DNA of 64,000 nucleotides from Octopus bimaculoides. Its lineage: Eukaryota. Below are positions 47,818 through 61,254 of this stretch, piece by piece. The number at the start of each line of letters is the position of its first letter. Positions within the stretch are counted from its first letter, which is position 1. A model generated the notes under the pieces. The model was not told the origin of the DNA. It searched no databases and saw nothing but the letters and a program-made list of their open reading frames with translations. The position numbers and the translations under genes are program-made. The DNA is taken from NCBI RefSeq assembly GCF_001194135.2, contig NC_068981.1, forward strand, positions 136,615,324 through 136,679,323. The letters run 5' to 3'.

Positions 47818-49083
47818 CAGGGGTTGGGCAAAATTATGGAAACACCTAGCATCATAGCATCATAATTTTGAAAAACCTATAAAACCGTCAAAAGCTTGTT
47901 TACTTTTATGTTTTTTGATTTATTATTAGTGTTGCTTAATATGTTTTGCTAAAATTGCTATTTCTTTTCAGATATCATCAGAAAAAGGTAATTAAAATTC
48001 ATGAAGATGACAGATCTATCGGACTTTAAAAGCAGTCAAATTGTTAGTGCTTGTATGGCAGGACCTAGCATTATGAAAAAGCTGAAATATTTGGTGTATC
48101 AAGAAATACTGTCTCAAAAGTAATGACAGCCTTTGAGAAAGAGGGAAAAACTTCCTCGTTGAAACAAAATTCCGGAAGAAAACCAAAACTTTCAGATAGG
48201 GACCATTGGACTCTTATGCGAAATGTTAGAAAGGATCACAAAAGTACAGCTCCCAAAATTACTGCAGAGCTTAATGACCACCTCGAGAACCCAATTTCCA
48301 GAAAAACTGTTCGCCAAGAGCTGCACAAAACTGAATTTCATGGGAGGGGTGCAATCAGAAAACCACTACTTTCAAAAACAAACATTGCAAAGCATTTAGA
48401 GTGGAGTAAAAACCTACAGAATTGGTCCTTAGAGCAGTGGAAGAATGTTATTTTCTCAGACGAGTCATCCTTTACCGTATTTCCAACCACCAGCTGAGTA
48501 TACATGTAGAGACAGCCAAAAGAAGCATTTGACCCAAACTGCCTTCTTCCAACTGTTAAACATGGAAAAGGATCTGTGATGATCGGGGGGAGGGGGCTAT
48601 ATCTTGGAAATCCACCTGTCCAATGGTTTCCTTTTATGGTAGAATTAATAGTCAAGACTATTTAAGCATTTTATCTGATCAAATTCATCCTATGGTTGCA
48701 GAATTGTTTCCGGAGGGAAACGCAATATTTCAGGATGATAATGCACCAATTCACACTGCTGAAGTTGTTACTGAATGGCACGAGGAACATCCTAGTGAAG
48801 TTGAATATCTTATCTTGCTACCACAGTCCTCAGATCTCAGTATTATTGAACATTTATGGTGCATTTGAGAAAAACAAGTAAGGAGTCGATATCCTCCACC
48901 ATCATCACTACAAGAACTGGAGACTGTTTTAGCTAAAGAATGGACAAACAGTCCTTTGGAAACAATTCAAACTTTGTATGAGTCCATACCTTGTAGAATT
49001 CAAGCTGTAATTACTGCCAAAGGTGGTCCTACCCCATATTAAAATAAACTTGTTTGAAATTTTAAGGTGTTCTCATTATTTTG
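47818..49083 (+). mobile_element. Tc1-like DNA transposon with DD36E spacing
   Basis: TA-CAGGGGTTGGGCAAAATTATGGAAACACCT left TIR; right TIR AGGTGTTCTCATTATTTTG lacks its last ~11 bp; ~1.27 kb. Confidence 0.92.
48007..49042 (+). pseudogene. Tc1-family transposase pseudogene
   Basis: SGRKPKLS, IRKPLL, VIFSDES, FQDDNAPIH..DLSIIEHLW; frameshifts and stops. Confidence 0.9.
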
Positions 49084-50867
49084 TATATATATATACACAC
49101 ACACAAGGGGCTTCTTTCAGTTTCCGTCTACCAAATTTATTCACAAGGCTTTCATTAGCCTGAGGCAATAGTAGAAGACACTAGCCCAAAGTACCACATA
49201 GTGGGACCTGGAACAATATGGTTGGGAACAATATGGTTGTGAAGCAAACTTTTTACTACACAGCCACCTCTGTGGCATCCTAACGTCTCTGTCACAAGGA
49301 ATTGTTGTCTTAGGGTACCTGTGTTCGATGCTGCAAAGTGAAACTGAATCCAAAATCACATAATTGGAAAGTGAAATTCTTAACCACAGTCATCCCTGTG
49401 CATGTGATTGCATGATGTATGTGCATGTGATATATGTGTGCATGTGCATATGTGATTGTGTGTTTGTGGAAAACACCATTGATGATATATAAAAAAAAAG
49501 AAAAAAAGTAAAACAAGAAAATGATTGAAAGGGATTTCTTCTGCAAAGATCTCTTGAATGATTTACACTTTAAACAATGAAACACACATATGAACAAAAA
49601 ACATCTGACAACGCATCCCGTTTACATCGACAAGCAATTGATTTGATCAAACTAATAGCTGATTAAACAAATGCTTGAACAATGAGAAAAACAAGGATAG
49701 AATATTTATGAGAAATACAGCAATTCCGTTAGACATTTAACGTCTAGCAATGATCACAACACTATTAGTACATATGATTGAGTAAATGTACATTAGAAAT
49801 TTTTTGCTATTGAGACTAAACAGCATCAAAAGTAATTATGATATTTCTAGGGTATATTTAGTGGAGTTAGGTTCATTTTATACAAATATAAAATGGTCAT
49901 TGGTGAATAATTTATTTGTGTTATGAAATATGATTTGACCATTTACAAATGCTTAGTTATTGATCACAGAAATCTAATGTTAAATTGATGGAAACGAACA
50001 CAATGAAACATCAAATGCAGACTTCAAACTTATTCCAACTCTCATTTATTTTTTATTTTTATTTATTTATAGCTGTTGTTAGTTTTTTTAATATAATTTC
50101 ATTTACATCTGCAATGCTTTATGGAAAACGTTAAATCAATCCCTTAGTACTTTGTTTGATAAATCCTTGTAGGATGAATGGTAATGTTGGTCTCAGTGAA
50201 ATTTTGAACTCATAACAAACAGTCAGAACTAAATACTGCAGAGCATTTTATTTGATGCTAAGAATTCAACCAATTTAGCACTTACAGTGTTCCATAATTT
50301 AGTATGGTGATTCACAAAATTTTGTTGACATTGTTTGGTTGTTATAAATGAATATCTTCCATTTCCAGTAGTCTGGCCAGGCAGAAACATTATTTAGCTT
50401 GGCAACAGGTGAGGGTTGGTGACGGAATGAGCATCAAGCCATAAAAAATCTGCATCAATAAACTGTCTGACCCACTCAAGCATAGAAAAATGGACATCAC
50501 AAATATGATGATGATGATGTCTTATATTATCCCATCTAACATGTAATTCTTTTTATATATTTGTACAGATTGGTCTCTTCTCACATTGATTAAAGTTTAA
50601 CAGAAATTACTAGAGGAGATGAGGGTTAATATAATGCAGCTATATCAGATCTTGGAGTATCATCAGTCATATTTCCTCACAGATAATGCATAAGAACAGA
50701 TGTAGCTTTCTCATTGAGAAATTTACTTCCTAACTACATGGGTTCAGCTTCAGTCTCACAAGGTAGCACCTTGGGCAAGGGTTTTCTTCTACAGCAGCCT
50801 TGGTCTAACAAAAGCCTTGTCCACGGATTTAGTAGATAAAAACTGAAAGAAGACTGTGTGTATGTGA

Positions 50868-50912
<45 letters not shown>

Positions 50913-51429
50913 TATATATATAAAATCATTCAAAAGAAAGTACGAAAATGGAGATATAACATTTAATAAAAATTTATTAACTTCAAAAATCAAACACAGT
51001 CCCTTACAGCTGTTCCAATCAGGCCTAATAGATTAAATAGTAATTAATAAAATCATTATATTGTTTGATGATGATGGTCATCATCATCATTTAACATCTG
51101 TTGTCCATGCCAGGCATGGATTGGACAGTTTGACGAGATCTGGCATGGTTTTTATGGCTGGATGCCGTTCCTAATGCCAACCACTTTACAGTGTGTTGGG
51201 TATTTTTAGGTGGCATATATATATATGAAATCAGTGTATTAACCCAACTACTGGACATTATTGCATACCACTGGTCACAATGCATTTCCTCTTGGCTTGG
51301 GGCAAAAACCAACAGTACCCTTGAATGAAATGCTTATTTACAGCTGGGTGGACTGGAGCTATGTGAAATGAAGTATATGTGTGAGTGTATATGTACATGT
51401 GTGTGTGTTAAAACGCTGCTAAACATAAC

Positions 51430-51568
51430 AGATAGCCTCTCAAATCTTCAGGCTGTACCATGTTGCACAAGAGCAAATATTGATATCTGCTGGACAGTGT
51501 AAACCAGTAGCATGTCAATATTTGATCTCAAGCGATACAGTTTAGCCTGAAGATTTGAGCGATTATCT
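51430..51568. repeat. Imperfect inverted repeat (~65-bp arms)
   Basis: CTCAAATCTTCAGGCT / AGCCTGAAGATTTGAG (16 bp perfect) and CAAATATTGA / TCAATATTTG. Confidence 0.8.
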
Positions 51569-51675
51569 ATCCATTGTGTTTTGCAGTATCTTTTAGATGT
51601 TACATTCATACCTACCTATCTGTATGATGTTACAATGCAATAAAATCCCATAAGGAAACAACTGAAGCAATATGG

Positions 51676-51762
<87 letters not shown>

Positions 51763-52486
51763 NNNNNNNNNNNNNNNNNNNNNNNNNNNNNNNNNNNNNN
51801 NNNNNNNNNNNNNNNNNNNNNNNNNNNNNNNNNNNNNNNNNNNNNNNNNNNNNNNNNNNNNNNNNNNNNNNNNNNNNNNNNNNNNNNNNNNNNNNNNNNN
51901 NNNNNNNNNNNNNNNNNNNNNNNNNNNNNNNNNNNNNNNNNNNNNNNNNNNNNNNNNNNNNNNNNNNNNNNNNNNNNNNNNNNNNNNNNNNNNNNNNNNN
52001 NNNNNNNNNNNNNNNNNNNNNNNNNNNNNNNNNNNNNNNNNNNNNNNNNNNNNNNNNNNNNNNNNNNNNNNNNNNNNNNNNNNNNNNNNNNNNNNNNNNN
52101 NNNNNNNNNNNNNNNNNNNNNNNNNNNNNNNNNNNNNNNNNNNNNNNNNNNNNNNNNNNNNNNNNNNNNNNNNNNNNNNNNNNNNNNNNNNNNNNNNNNN
52201 NNNNNNNNNNNNNNNNNNNNNNNNNNNNNNNNNNNNNNNNNNNNNNNNNNNNNNNNNNNNNNNNNNNNNNNNNNNNNNNNNNNNNNNNNNNNNNNNNNNN
52301 NNNNNNNNNNNNNNNNNNNNNNNNNNNNNNNNNNNNNNNNNNNNNNNNNNNNNNNNNNNNNNNNNNNNNNNNNNNNNNNNNNNNNNNNNNNNNNNNNNNN
52401 NNNNNNNNNNNNNNNNNNNNNNNNNNNNNNNNNNNNNNNNNNNNNNNNNNNNNNNNNNNNNNNNNNNNNNNNNNNNNNNNNNNNNN

Positions 52487-52573
<87 letters not shown>

Positions 52574-52648
52574 CATATATATACACACACACACACACAT
52601 ACATACTAACACACATGCACCCATACACGACTTGTATTAAAATTTGTT

Positions 52649-52771
52649 TACATTTAGATTGTAATTTAAAAGCATCAAGAAATATGAAAATAAGTTCCTT
52701 CTACGTCTCTAATATATAAAAGTGACTTATTTTTCATATTTCTTGATGCTTTTAAATTACGATGTAATGTA
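52649..52771. repeat. Near-perfect inverted repeat (~47-bp arms, 29-nt loop)
   Basis: GTAATTTAAAAGCATCAAGAAATATGAAAA and its exact reverse complement. Confidence 0.9.
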
Positions 52772-53237
52772 AAAAAAAGAAAAATTAAAACTTGTTTGTT
52801 TTTTTTTGACACAGTATCTTGAATTCATAGAAAAGTATTAAAACTGTTTTAAAACTGAGATGGGTATATGCAGTGCACTTTGCTGCAAACGAATGCACAC
52901 GCACTACTGGGGTGCATTAAGAGAATATAATTGGCTCTTCTCAAAATCTCACATACTACCTGTGGTCTATACTACTGATGTAGTGGGGTTAAAAAATGTG
53001 TTCTCTAGATAAACAGACCAGCTAATGTAGGGACTGACTAAATCAGCAGCTCCTAATGTGGGTGTAAGCACCCTTTTAGGAATATTGTGAGCTGACAAGG
53101 GGTAGCAAATGTTAAGGGAATGCTATGAAGTGTGCTGCATACTTAGATGGGTTCTAATTTTCCTTGATAAAAGTTTTAAATTAGGCAAAATATTTTAAAC
53201 AAAATGTCAAGCTGGAAGAATTGCTGGCACAATAAAG

Positions 53238-53635
53238 GCACAGGTGTGGCTATGTGGTAAGAAGTTTGCTTCCCAACCACATGGTTCTGGGTTCAGTCTT
53301 GCTGCATGGCACCTTAGGCAAGTGTCGTCTACTATAGCTTTGGGCTGAACAAAGCCTTGTGAGTAGATTTGGTAGATGGAAACTGAACAAGCCCGTTGTA
53401 TATGTGTCTGTGTGTCTTTGTTTGCTCCTCTCCTACCAGCACTTGACAACTTGTGTTGGTATGTTTACAGGCATGTTTGGCAAAATAGACCGATAGAATA
53501 AGCACCACACTTCAAAGACAAAAAAAAAAAAGTATCAGGGTTGATTAATCAACTAAAAATTCTTCAAGTGGTGCCCCAGCATGGCCACAGTCTAATGACT
53601 GAAACAAGTAAAATGAAAATAAAAAGAAAAAAGAT
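53238..53635 (+). mobile_element. SINE family A, full length
   Basis: Head, microsatellite remnant, tail. Confidence 0.85.
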
Positions 53636-53899
53636 AAAAGCCATCAAATAAAATACTTAGTGGCATTTCGTCCAGCCCTTTATATTCTGAGTTCAAATTC
53701 TCTGGTGGTCAACTTTGCTTTTCAACCCTTCAGGGTCGATAAAATAAAGTACCAGTCAAACACTGAAGTCAATGTAATTGACTTGACCCCCTCCCCTCAA
53801 AACTTCTGGCATTGAACACTGCAACAAGCTGGTATCCCATTCAGAGAAATGTGATCTCAATCACTTTATACACCATGGAAACCAGACAACCAATTTTGA

Positions 53900-54232
53900 A
53901 TCCTAGCATTCCAGGTTCAATCCCACAGTGTGACATCTCAGGCAAGTGTCTTCTATTATAACCTTGTGCTGACTAAAGCATTGTGAATAGATTTGGTTGA
54001 AACTGAAAGAAGTCTGTCATATATAAATATATGTGAGTGTGTCCTACCACCACTTGATAACTGATGTTGGTTTGTTTACATCCCCATAACTTAGCAATTT
54101 GACAAAAGAGACTGACAGAATAGTACTAGGTTTAAAAAGATCTACTGGGGTCACTTCATTCAGCTAAAAATTCTTCAAGGCAATACCTCAGCATGGCTGG
54201 AGTCTAATAACTGGAACATGTGAAAGATAAAA
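53900..54232 (+). mobile_element. SINE family A (5'-truncated)
   Basis: GGTTCAATCCC...GAAAGAAGTC...tail. Confidence 0.75.
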
Positions 54233-54239
54233 GAACCCT

Positions 54240-54681
54240 CTTGCATTCAAACCAGCCATATCAAGCCCAAATATTCCATCTGTTTAATGTTCAAACTGGC
54301 CAGATCCTGCCTCTCACACCTACACTACAATGTCATTTTAAGACATAAATATTCACACCATCAAAACCCCAAAACTACAAGATAATGCAGGATTAATTCA
54401 AAACAATGTGAATAAATAAATATTCTTTTCTACTCGAAAGTTTTGGGGAGGGGGAGGGCCAGTCGATTAGATCAACCCCAGTATGCAACTGGTACTTAAT
54501 TTATTGACCTCGAAAGGATGAAAGGCAAAGTCGACCTCGGCGAAATTTGAACTCAGAACATAAAGACAGACAAAATAGAACTAAGCATTTCACCCAGCAT
54601 GCTAACATTTCTGCCAGCTCGCCACCTTGTGAATAAATAAATATTACAATTGACAGAGTGATCTGAATGCTAAAGGGTTAA
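54240..54681 (+). mobile_element. piggyBac-type MITE family E interrupted by SINE B
   Basis: Ends AATGCTAAAGGG-TTAA; internal MITE sequence resumes after 54627. Confidence 0.8.
54425..54627 (-). mobile_element. SINE family B with perfect 18-bp TSD
   Basis: TGTGAATAAATAAATATT at 54407-54424 and 54628-54645. Confidence 0.9.
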
Positions 54682-56548
54682 GGGAGATTTGGTTGCTATT
54701 TCCAGTAGGCTAACCCAACCACATAGAAGCTTTCTCATTGACTCATGGCCAAGTGGTATTTGTGGTTGAGTGGTTGACCTTTTCTCAACCAAAGGATGAA
54801 GAGATATCAAAAAAAGCCCTTACAACCTTAGGTATGATATTTATTGGAAAAGCTGGATACCAGCCTTGTTGCCATGTTACTACCAACCACACTTGCTTCC
54901 TGATTACTGTTAGAAAACAAGCAGTCTTGTGTAAAATATCTCTGCTAACAATTCATGCAAATAAACCAGTTTTTTTTTTTGTTTGCTTTTTTGAGAAAGC
55001 ATCCAAATCATTCTACCATGGAAAGAAGAATTAGAAAGATGTATATAAATATATATNNNNNNNNNNNNNNNNNNNNNNNNNNNNNNNNNNNNNNNNNNNN
55101 NNNNNNNNNNNNNNNNNNNNNNNNNNNNNNNNNNNNNNNNNNNNNNNNNNNNNNNNNNNNNNNNNNNNNNNNNNNNNNNNNNNNNNNNNNNNNNNNNNNN
55201 NNNNNNNNNNNNNNNNNNNNNNNNNNNNNNNNNNNNNNNNNNNNNNNNNNNNNNNNNNNNNNNNNNNNNNNNNNNNNNNNNNNNNNNNNNNNNNNNNNNN
55301 NNNNNNNNNNNNNNNNNNNNNNNNNNNNNNNNNNNNNNNNNNNNNNNNNNNNNNNNNNNNNNNNNNNNNNNNNNNNNNNNNNNNNNNNNNNNNNNNNNNN
55401 NNNNNCATACATACACTTACAGATGTATGTATATGTACAAATATTGATATTTAATCTCTTTCTCTCCCATGCACACACACACGAAACATAATACAAATTG
55501 GTGCCTGTCCAGATTCTTACATATTTTTCAAAGAGAATATACAGACTTGTCATATTTCATGAAACTCAAAAGAAAATAAAAATAGGACTAACAAACAGAC
55601 AGACGGACAGGCAGGCAGGCAGGCAGGCTGACAGACAGACCAAGAACAGCAGCCTAATGGTCATTGTCTCAATATTTTATTTCCTGCAGCAGCTTTTAGC
55701 TAGATCTATCTGATAGATAGGCAGAGAGGAAAGTCATTTTAAGAGATAATTAATACATTTTATGAGAATATGGAATTGGGGTGTGTGTGTGTGTAGGGAG
55801 AAATCATCAACAACAAAAAAAAACATTGTGATTGTGTTGATGATAGTGAGTATGATAATGATAATGATGATGTTGATAATGATGATAATGTCGACAATGA
55901 TATTTTTACATGAAAGATATGAGTCTGGATATTTACTAAAATTCCATATCTCTCAGAGAAAAATATGATTAAAAATATATGCTTTATGAAGTGGTAGAAT
56001 TTATACAGTGATAGATAAGGTGCCTTGTGGTATTAAAATTGTGTCGCTTTATAAATAAATATGGTAAGCAGCTTCTCACATATGTAATATAGTGAGTTGA
56101 AAAACTTCCATTAATTGTGGTTGGTCATTCAATCACACATATACTCCCCCAATAATGCTTAAAATAAATTTTAAAAAAAGGAGGGGAGATAACTCCAGTG
56201 AAATCAAGTAACTGAAACTTGTGGAGAATTCAGATGATGCAGATGTAAGAATATATTGTGCTTATTGGGTTTAAAGCTAACTGGTGAAAATAACAGACAT
56301 TTTCATCATTACTTATTATCATCATCATTTTATGTCTACTTTTGATGAGTTATACAGGTCATCATGGACTGAGTCATTTCTTACTGGGAGCGACTGCTCT
56401 CCCTGAGAAACCATATCCAGGCATGGGAAAATATCTTACGTAAACACAGGTGAGAGGTGATGACAGTTAGAGCATCTGGTTGTAAAAAAATGTCTGATCC
56501 ATGCAAAGCTTGGGAAAGTGGACATTAAAATGATTTATAATATCATCT

Positions 56549-56631
<83 letters not shown>

Positions 56632-57014
56632 AATACACACACATATATATCTGAATAGGGTAAAAAGTACTCAGTACAAGGTGTAGAGTATAAATTTATT
56701 TATTCAGCTGAATATCTCTTTCTGTTTTCATCTCCACACACTGGAAAGAACACCAGTTTTTGATTTTCTTTTAAGGAGTTTTTCAGTTATGAATTGTTGT
56801 GTTTGCATGTGACTTACATGGCCTTCATTAATCTATGAAAAAATGAGGTGGGGCCGGGGTACTTTTATCTTAGATATTTCAAATGATGTTTTCATTACAG
56901 ATCAGTACTTGAATCTAACCAACTGAGAAATAGTGAATCACCACACATAACAGCATAATATTAACCAAATAAATATTGTATATACTTGTGTATGTGTGTG
57001 TATGTAAGACTGTT

Positions 57015-57380
57015 TTATCTTCTGCTTGTTTCAGTCATTAGACTATGACCATGCTGGGGCACTGCCTTGAATCTTTAGTCAAATGAATCAACCCCAGTAC
57101 TTATTTTTTAAAGCTTGGTATTTATTCTATTGGTCTCTTTTGCTGAACCACTATGTTATGTGGTGGTGGGAGGAGACAAACACAGACAGAAAGACACACA
57201 CACATAGATACATAGATACATAAATGATGAGCTTCTTTCAGTTTCTGTCTACCAAATCCACTCACAAGGCTTTAATCAGCCCGGGATGCTAGTAAAAGAC
57301 ATTTGCCCAAAGTGGCACGCAGTGGGACTGAACCTGGAACCATGTGGTTGGGAAGCAAGCTTCTTACTACACAGCCATGT
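57015..57380 (-). mobile_element. SINE family A
   Basis: Reverse-complement head and tail. Confidence 0.82.
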
Positions 57381-58279
57381 CTGCGCTGACTATGTTAGAA
57401 ATCTGATTGCGAACAAAGTTATAGTTCCACCCACATCAACTTCTCCAAGTAACACACAAAGAAGGAAGTGAAAGAAAAATGGTTAAATTCCGTCCTTCAA
57501 AAAGAAAACTTGCTGATCGATTGATGAGATCAGCAACAATGACAACCTGAATATGAAGCTTAGAAACCAGAATCCAAAACTAGGTGAGAGTACTTGCTCT
57601 TCATTGCCTGTGTCATCCCACATTTGTGGCGATTCCTGATTGGCTCCTTGTGAATGACCTCTCACCACCACCACCACCACCACCACCACCACCCTATACT
57701 TTTTGGGATACAGATACAGTATATTTCATATCATCTGTTTACTTGTTTCCCCCACCCACATCATTTTGTTAGTGATCCTTGTAATGTCCTTTATCTACCA
57801 CCCTAATGGCAATAAAATAAATCAATATTAATTTTATTATTATTATTAGTAGTAGTAGTAGTAGTTGTAGTGATTTCTTTTATTTACCAGGAGAGCAATG
57901 GATGAGGGAGAATAAAAGATAATACAAAATGATGAAGGAAAGATGCTTAAATATATAAACAGTGAGAATTAGGAAAGTTGTAAATGATAATAATAAAGAT
58001 AACAATAATAAATAAAAATTACATGTCAGAAAATTGTTTCATGTAAAACATTTTCATTCGAGGCTTTGCAACAATTTTCATTTTCATTGATAATTGGGTT
58101 TTCCTACTCAATAAAATTCAAAGAGAATTTCATATTTAGAACTAAAGAAAATAGAAATTAAATATTTCCTTTCTTTTTTCTTTGCTATTTCACTTGATTT
58201 TTATTCATTCTTGCAATGCGGTATATTCATTGAAAAACCAAAACCAAAAATGAAATAAAAATGCAAGTATATAACTTAC

Positions 58280-58325
58280 GTTTACTGTGTTGTCGTTAAA
58301 TGAATTGTACCATATCTACTTCTAT
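58280..58325 (-). other. Candidate 46-nt coding exon of an unidentified host gene
   Basis: TTCTGTTTGTTTTAGTTTAG acceptor, AAC|GTAAGT donor, open frame IEVDMVQFINDNTVK. Confidence 0.3.
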
Positions 58326-59794
58326 CTAAACTAAAACAAACAGAACTACACAACAACATTAACAACAAAAGTGAGTGATGTACATTATGTTGTAACACTA
58401 CTACTATTACTATTTCAAACTACCACCACTACACCAAATTTTCTATAATATTTTCCCATTAGATGAGATTTAGATGCCACTGTATTGTACAATCTCATGA
58501 ATACTTCTATAGTCCATAGTGTAGCATAAAGGAAAAGATTCCACTGTACACTAAGTACTGTTTACTAGTAGTAGTATTATCAGCTCCTGCAAGTGTAGTA
58601 GAAAAGCAGAATCAATAGAGCATCAGGGAAAAATTTATTACAGAAGTTAATTCTATCTCTTTATGTTCTGAGTTTCAAATCCCATCGAGGTTGAGTTTTG
58701 TTTGCAGTCTTCTGTGGTCAATAAAATAAGAAGTTAAATAGTGACTTATTTTAATCTCCAGTTTTCCTCTCTCTCATATTTATGGCTTTGTTGTGTGCAT
58801 ATTAAACATCAAAATAAGAGTCATGCAATAAAAGAATTGGTAGGGCATCACATAAAATGCCTTATGGTATGTAGTCATGACTCTTTACAATCTGAGTTCA
58901 AATCCTGCCAAGGTCACTGGAAGAATCATTATGATGTTAGAATAAATGCCTTATGGTATTTCTTTTGATTCTTTACATTCAGAGATTAAATCTTACTGAG
59001 TCAACTTTGCCTTTTATTCTTTTGAGAGTCAATTAAATAGCATAAGTTAAGAACTGGGGTTGATTTAATTAACTTTACCCATCTCATCAAATTCCTAGCT
59101 TTGTGTTTATACTAAAAGAAATTATTAATATTATTATTAGAGCAGCAACCTGGCAGAATTATTAGAGCATCCAAAAAAAAAAAAAAAAATGCCTTCTGGT
59201 ATATGTTCTAGATCTGCACATTCTGGGTTCAAATTGTACCATGGCCAACTATGGTTTGCATTCTTTGAAACAGTTGAAAATCCATATGTAACTTGATAAT
59301 TAAATATTACAGAGTAATTGTACAAATTATACATATTACCCTGTAGCTTTTGAAAATTTTGAACACAGCTTATGGATTCTCAAGAATCAATGAATTCCAT
59401 TTGGAAGAAATTCTGTTACTGTTTTGATAAATCAGAGTTTGAGTCAGGTCAATACACCAACACCCACTTCTGTAGTTCTTTTAATGGCCAAGTTTTATTT
59501 TATCTGTTTAGCTGATCTATTAATATGGTAGATATTATTAAGCAACAATTCATTGTGCCGACTTTGAAAGGCTGACTAGTAAAGTTGACCTCTTTGGAGG
59601 GGTTAGTCAATTTAGTCAATTTCAGTAAATAATTAGTATTTTGTATTATTGACTCCAGATGGATGAAATACAAAGTTGATCTTTGATTTGAAAAATCAAT
59701 CATCATGATTATTAGCTTTATTTTTATTTCTGCCTCTCCATACTGGAATAGATTGCCTCAAAAAATTTGAGTCAGTATTCTATGATTAGATGCC

Positions 59795-60360
59795 CTTCCT
59801 GATCCATGCTGGTATGGGATGGATGGTTTGACTGAGGACTGGCAAGCCAGGAGGTTGCACCACTCTCCAATCTGATCTGGCAATGTTTCTACAGCTGGAT
59901 GCCCTTCCTAACGCCAACCACTCCGAGAGTGTAGTGGGTGCTTTTTACATGCCACCAGCACAGGAGCCAGTCAGGTGGCCCTGGCATTGATCGTGTTCAG
60001 ATATTGCTTTTTACGTGCCACCAGCATGGGAGCCAGTCAGGTGGACCTGACATCAACCATCTCAAATGGTGCTTTTTATATGCCACCAGCACAGAGGCCA
60101 GTCAGGGCACACTGGCATCAGCCATGTTCGGATGGTGCTTTTTACATGCCACCAGCACGGGAGCCAGTCAGGTGGAACTAGCATTGACAATGCTCAAATG
60201 GTGCTTTTTACATGCCACCAGCACAGGAGCCAGTCAGGGGTCACTGGCCATGGCTACGATTTTGGTCTTACTTGACTCAACAGGTCTTCTCAAGCATGTC
60301 ATATTACCCAACATATTAAGAGTACTTTTAAATGGGCCAGATATGCAACACTGGCATTGG
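59795..60360 (-). mobile_element. Family D element with five 66-bp tandem units
   Basis: GCTTTTTA at ~59940, 60006, 60071, 60137, 60203. Confidence 0.8.
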
Positions 60361-60919
60361 CCATGGCTGTGTTTAATTTCAAGCTGGGTACCATATATTC
60401 TATTGGCTCTCATTCATCCAAAATTTCCAAGCTGCAAGATGTCTGCAAATGTTAGCTCAACTGACACAGGGTCAGTGTAAAGAGATTCTGCCTCTGTACA
60501 GTTTCTGTCTGCCAAATTTCACTCACAAAAAATTGCTCAACCAAATGCTGTTGTAGAAGACACTTGCTTGATTTACTCAGTATATTGTGGGATCAAACCT
60601 GAAAACATGTGGTTGGGAAACAAACTTCTCAACCACACAGCCATGCACACCCATCATCATCATCATTTAACATCCATTTTCCATGCTGGCATGAGTTGCA
60701 CAGTTTGACAGGAGCTGGCAAACTGGAGGTCCACACCAGGCTCTGTTGTCTGATTTAGCATGGTTTCTATGACTGGATGCCCTTCCTAATGCCAACCACT
60801 TTACAGAGTGTACTGGGTGTTTTGTACTGGGTGTTTTGCATATGACTGTGGGTGCTTTTAATGTGGTACCAGTATGGGCTTGAAACATCTTTATAATAAT
60901 AACTGTCTCTAGCATGAAC

Positions 60920-61075
60920 AGATATGACTGCGGGTTAAATAGTTTGTTTCCCAACCACAGAGTTTTTGGTTTCTTCTCATTGCATGGTACCTTGGATAAG
61001 TATCTTCTACTGTGGCCTTGACCAACCAAAGCTCTGCAAGTGGATTCGGTAGATGGAAACCAAAAGAAGCCCTTC

Positions 61076-61117
<42 letters not shown>

Positions 61118-61198
61118 NNNNNNNNNNNNNNNNNNNNNNNNNNNNNNNNNNNNNNNNNNNNNNNNNNNNNNNNNNNNNNNNNNNNNNNNNNNNGCATG

Positions 61199-61254
<56 letters not shown>

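Noticed and set aside
49595-49690. CpG and TGATT(A/T)-rich stretch resembling an enhancer
   Set aside because: Short motifs alone are not distinguishable from chance without conservation data.
59938-60480. 180-aa ORF and CRISPR-like periodicity
   Set aside because: Read-through of 66-bp tandem units; there are no unique spacers or cas genes, and the context is eukaryotic.
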